Shown in pieces: positions 61,871-64,000 of a stretch of DNA of 64,000 bases. The stretch's first letter is position 1. Every line of letters starts with the position of its first letter. The position numbers and the translations under genes were made by a program. The stretch is from Leptospira sp. (GTDB lineage Bacteria > Spirochaetota > Leptospiria > Leptospirales > Leptospiraceae). The stretch is from the NCBI GenBank assembly GCA_034439575.1, contig JAWXAQ010000030.1, positions 218,475-282,474 of the forward strand. The letters are read 5' to 3'. A model generated the notes under the pieces. That model saw only the letters and a program-made list of their open reading frames with translations, ran no database searches and was not told the DNA's origin.

Positions 61871-62773
61871 TTATAACTCGAGTTTGTAACCAACACGGTA
61901 TGTTTGGCCACCAACGATCACTGGATATGCCGCAATTGGAGCGATTGCAGATGCACCACCCACAGATTGTGTACCACCAGTTCCCATGCCGCCTGAAAGG
62001 ATAGTTTCTAATTCGAAGAAAATATGTCCTTTCGCCGCAACTTTTGTTTGAGCTCCCACTAACCAGTTTAAGCCAAAACCACTAGCACCAAATTTAATGT
62101 TTTCTTTGTAGATTCCAGGAGTAGGAGCATCAGACAAGAAAGCACCACCAGGACCAGCAAGGCCAGGAAGCATAGTTTTAAGTGCATCGCCATCAACAGT
62201 TCCAGCAACACCCCATCCACCTTTAAAGTAGTTCGCACCAGCTGCAACATAGACTGCTGTGTCATTAGTAGCATTGAACAATTTTACCCCGATGTAAGCA
62301 GGGATAGTCCAAGCAGTATATGACCATTCTTGTTGTAACCATTTGTAACCTGCTACAGTAGACTCAGTGTAACCACCAGCCGCTTTTGTAGTATAGTTTA
62401 CGTTCACTCTATAAAATAGAGAATTAAAACCAAAAAGACCTTCTTTCTCATATCCGAGGTTTAAATTGACACCTAACATAGCGCCATTTTCTTTAACCCC
62501 TACGAAACCGTTTGTAGAACGATTAAGTCCAACTAGCGTATTTTCAGCATAGATAGCTTGTTGCGTTCCGCCGGTAACATTACCTTGTGAGTTAGTTACT
62601 GGTCTAGAAGAATCAAGACCGTCTTTTAGGATCGTTCCGCCCAATCCTGCTAAGTCAAATTGGCCCCCGAGGCCAAAAGTGACGTAAGATCGAGGACCAG
62701 CTTGTGCGCTAAGGCTAGAAGCCGCAGCTACGAACACGATCCCCATAATTCCGATGCGAAGTGATTTCAACAT
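61871..62773 (-). CDS. ompL1: Outer membrane porin OmpL1
   Basis: GLGGQFDLAGLGGTILKDGLD, AIYAENTL, IFFELETIL, GGQTYRVGYKLEL. Likely start is the ATG at 62773 with SD AAGGAG. Confidence 0.92.
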   Translation of the reverse strand: MLKSLRIGIMGIVFVAAASSLSAQAGPRSYVTFGLGGQFDLAGLGGTILKDGLDSSRPVTNSQGNVTGGTQQAIYAENTLVGLNRSTNGFVGVKENGAMLGVNLNLGYEKEGLFGFNSLFYRVNVNYTTKAAGGYTESTVAGYKWLQQEWSYTAWTIPAYIGVKLFNATNDTAVYVAAGANYFKGGWGVAGTVDGDALKTMLPGLAGPGGAFLSDAPTPGIYKENIKFGASGFGLNWLVGAQTKVAAKGHIFFELETILSGGMGTGGTQSVGGASAIAPIAAYPVIVGGQTYRVGYKLEL

Positions 62774-62868
62774 TCGATGGTTACTCCTTGTGAGTTTGTT
62801 TCCTGATATTTTTATCCTGTGGACACAACCCAACATAGGTTAGGAAAATGGTTCCCACAATTGAAAGG

Positions 62869-62897
62869 AATTAAGACAGAATTTAACTTTCTGTCAA
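62869..62897 (-). promoter_or_regulatory. Putative ompL1 promoter overlapped by an inverted repeat
   Basis: Perfect TTGACA at 62897-62892 with an AT-rich -10 region (TTAATT) 17 nt away; IR GACAGAA-N7-TTCTGTC at 62875-62895. Confidence 0.5.
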
Positions 62898-62947
62898 ATT
62901 AAAATTGCATTATTGTGACGAAATTAATGTTTTTTATGGAAAATTGA

Positions 62948-63559
62948 ATGCATTACACAAAAAAAAGCGCAAATCTTACCTTTTTTAGGACAAAAACCAA
63001 AAATTATAGGAACCATTTCCTCTTTCTCATCGTCGTCATGCTTATGTCAGATCAGACCTATACGCAAGGGTCAAAAATGGTTAGGTATTCAGGCTCACTC
63101 CTAAAAATCGAACTGAACCAAACTCCTGTTTATTTTGAATATAAGGACTCATCGACAAGCAGATCCAGGCGGATTTATTGCGATGCGCGAACTTTGTCCG
63201 ATTGGAAATCTTATGTGGGAAAAGAGGAAGGAATCCAAGTGCGTGGTAAGGCAAACTTTACAGGAAAGGACACTGATTCTTTATATTGTTTGGGCAAACC
63301 CGTATTGCACAGACCTTTCCAAGTGGGGAGACTGCCTGAATCTAATTCCCAATTAAGGTATGTTTCCGGTCAAGTCTTGGAGGCAGATCCAAAAACGGGG
63401 CAGATCGTGTATAGTCAACCAAATGGGAGGCGGGCCTATTTAACGGTTTCGCTAGAGGAAGCGGAAGGGTATAAGGCACGAATTGATAAGATGGAAGTTG
63501 TGGAATTGGATGGGAATTATAAGTACAATCGGTTGAAGCGGTATTTTGAGAGGGATTGA
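62948..63559 (+). CDS. Hypothetical exported protein
   Basis: Hydrophobic N-terminal segment followed by beta-rich sequence; start uncertain. Confidence 0.6.
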   Translation: MHYTKKSANLTFFRTKTKNYRNHFLFLIVVMLMSDQTYTQGSKMVRYSGSLLKIELNQTPVYFEYKDSSTSRSRRIYCDARTLSDWKSYVGKEEGIQVRGKANFTGKDTDSLYCLGKPVLHRPFQVGRLPESNSQLRYVSGQVLEADPKTGQIVYSQPNGRRAYLTVSLEEAEGYKARIDKMEVVELDGNYKYNRLKRYFERD

Positions 63560-63571
63560 GGGGGTTATGTC

Positions 63572-63646
63572 GGATTAGGGCGGGTCCCCCGCCCGTTCTA
63601 GGGTGGGGGGTGTGGATCGTGGGCGACCCGCCCTCTTGCAAAATCC
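63572..63646. repeat. GC-rich nested inverted-repeat element (REP/MITE-like)
   Basis: Outer stem AGGGCGGGTC/GACCCGCCCT, inner stem CCCCGCCC/GGGTGGGG, flanking GGATT/AATCC. Confidence 0.6.
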
Positions 63647-63739
63647 TTCATAGCATACACCGCGCTTTTTGCCAAGAAATCGTTCTAATTTTTTTCTTTA
63701 TGTTCGCCCTTTTGGTCCCATATTTTGGAATGGAAATCG

Positions 63740-64000
63740 ATGAAAGCTTTCTTAGTTTTAGAAAATGGACAAATATTCGAAGGCACCTCGTTTGGTGCTG
63801 AAACTTCCTCCCTCGGAGAGGTTGTATTCAACACATCAATGGCGGGATATCAGGAAATTTTAACTGACCCTTCATATAAAGGCCAAATGATCAATTTAAC
63901 TTATCCTATGATAGGAAATTACGGCATTAACGCAGATGATATGGAATCAGATAAAATTCATGCCAGTGGTCTCATCGTCAAAGAATATGTAGCCAGGCCA
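63740..64000 (+). CDS. carA: Carbamoyl-phosphate synthase small subunit (N-terminal part; runs off the window edge)
   Basis: Not in the ORF track. Manual translation gives [15 protein letters not shown]...[37 protein letters not shown]. Confidence 0.97.
   Translation, partial: MKAFLVLENGQIFEGTSFGAETSSLGEVVFNTSMAGYQEILTDPSYKGQMINLTYPMIGNYGINADDMESDKIHASGLIVKEYVARP

Noticed and set aside
62774-62836. N-terminal extension of ompL1
   Set aside because: The signal peptide and a strong SD point to the ATG at 62773.
63342-63801. ORFs 63342..63641 (-) and 63556..63801 (+)
   Set aside because: They arise from the GC-rich hairpin and overlap the upstream gene or carA; no protein-like features.

Overview
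This is a gene-dense, AT-rich bacterial chromosomal window, almost certainly from Leptospira: it carries a recognisable OmpL1 porin, a LipL36-like lipoprotein and spirochaetal lipoboxes. The species cannot be assigned from the sequence alone. In order it contains: partial gmk, remA and the tail of a flagellar operon (flhF, flhG, fliA, fapA, a SwrB-like gene); SDR, split mnmC, lpxK, hisE, thioredoxin-TPR, ugd, wzt and wzm; a structured intergenic region; an outer-membrane protein gene apparently broken at a T9 tract; HEAT-repeat, response regulator, glgP, enoyl-CoA hydratase and PP2C genes; a CheR-less chemosensory cluster with two extra kinases; purM, murI, an aminotransferase, htrA and an aminopeptidase; a candidate envelope operon; nhaC and NRAMP transporters; ompL1 with two LipL36-type lipoproteins; a GC-rich hairpin element; and the start of carA. 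The best candidate for an undescribed system is the envelope operon at 43.5-56.4 kb. It encodes an atypical sigma-like protein, a STAS protein, an AsmA/YdbH-like protein, a YnbE/YdbL-like lipoprotein and a 2652-aa lipoprotein with a TolB-like propeller, TPRs and two apparently inactive CHAT-like domains. I saw no rRNA, tRNA, CRISPR array, transposase or phage genes. All family calls come from motif recognition by eye; no database searches were run.
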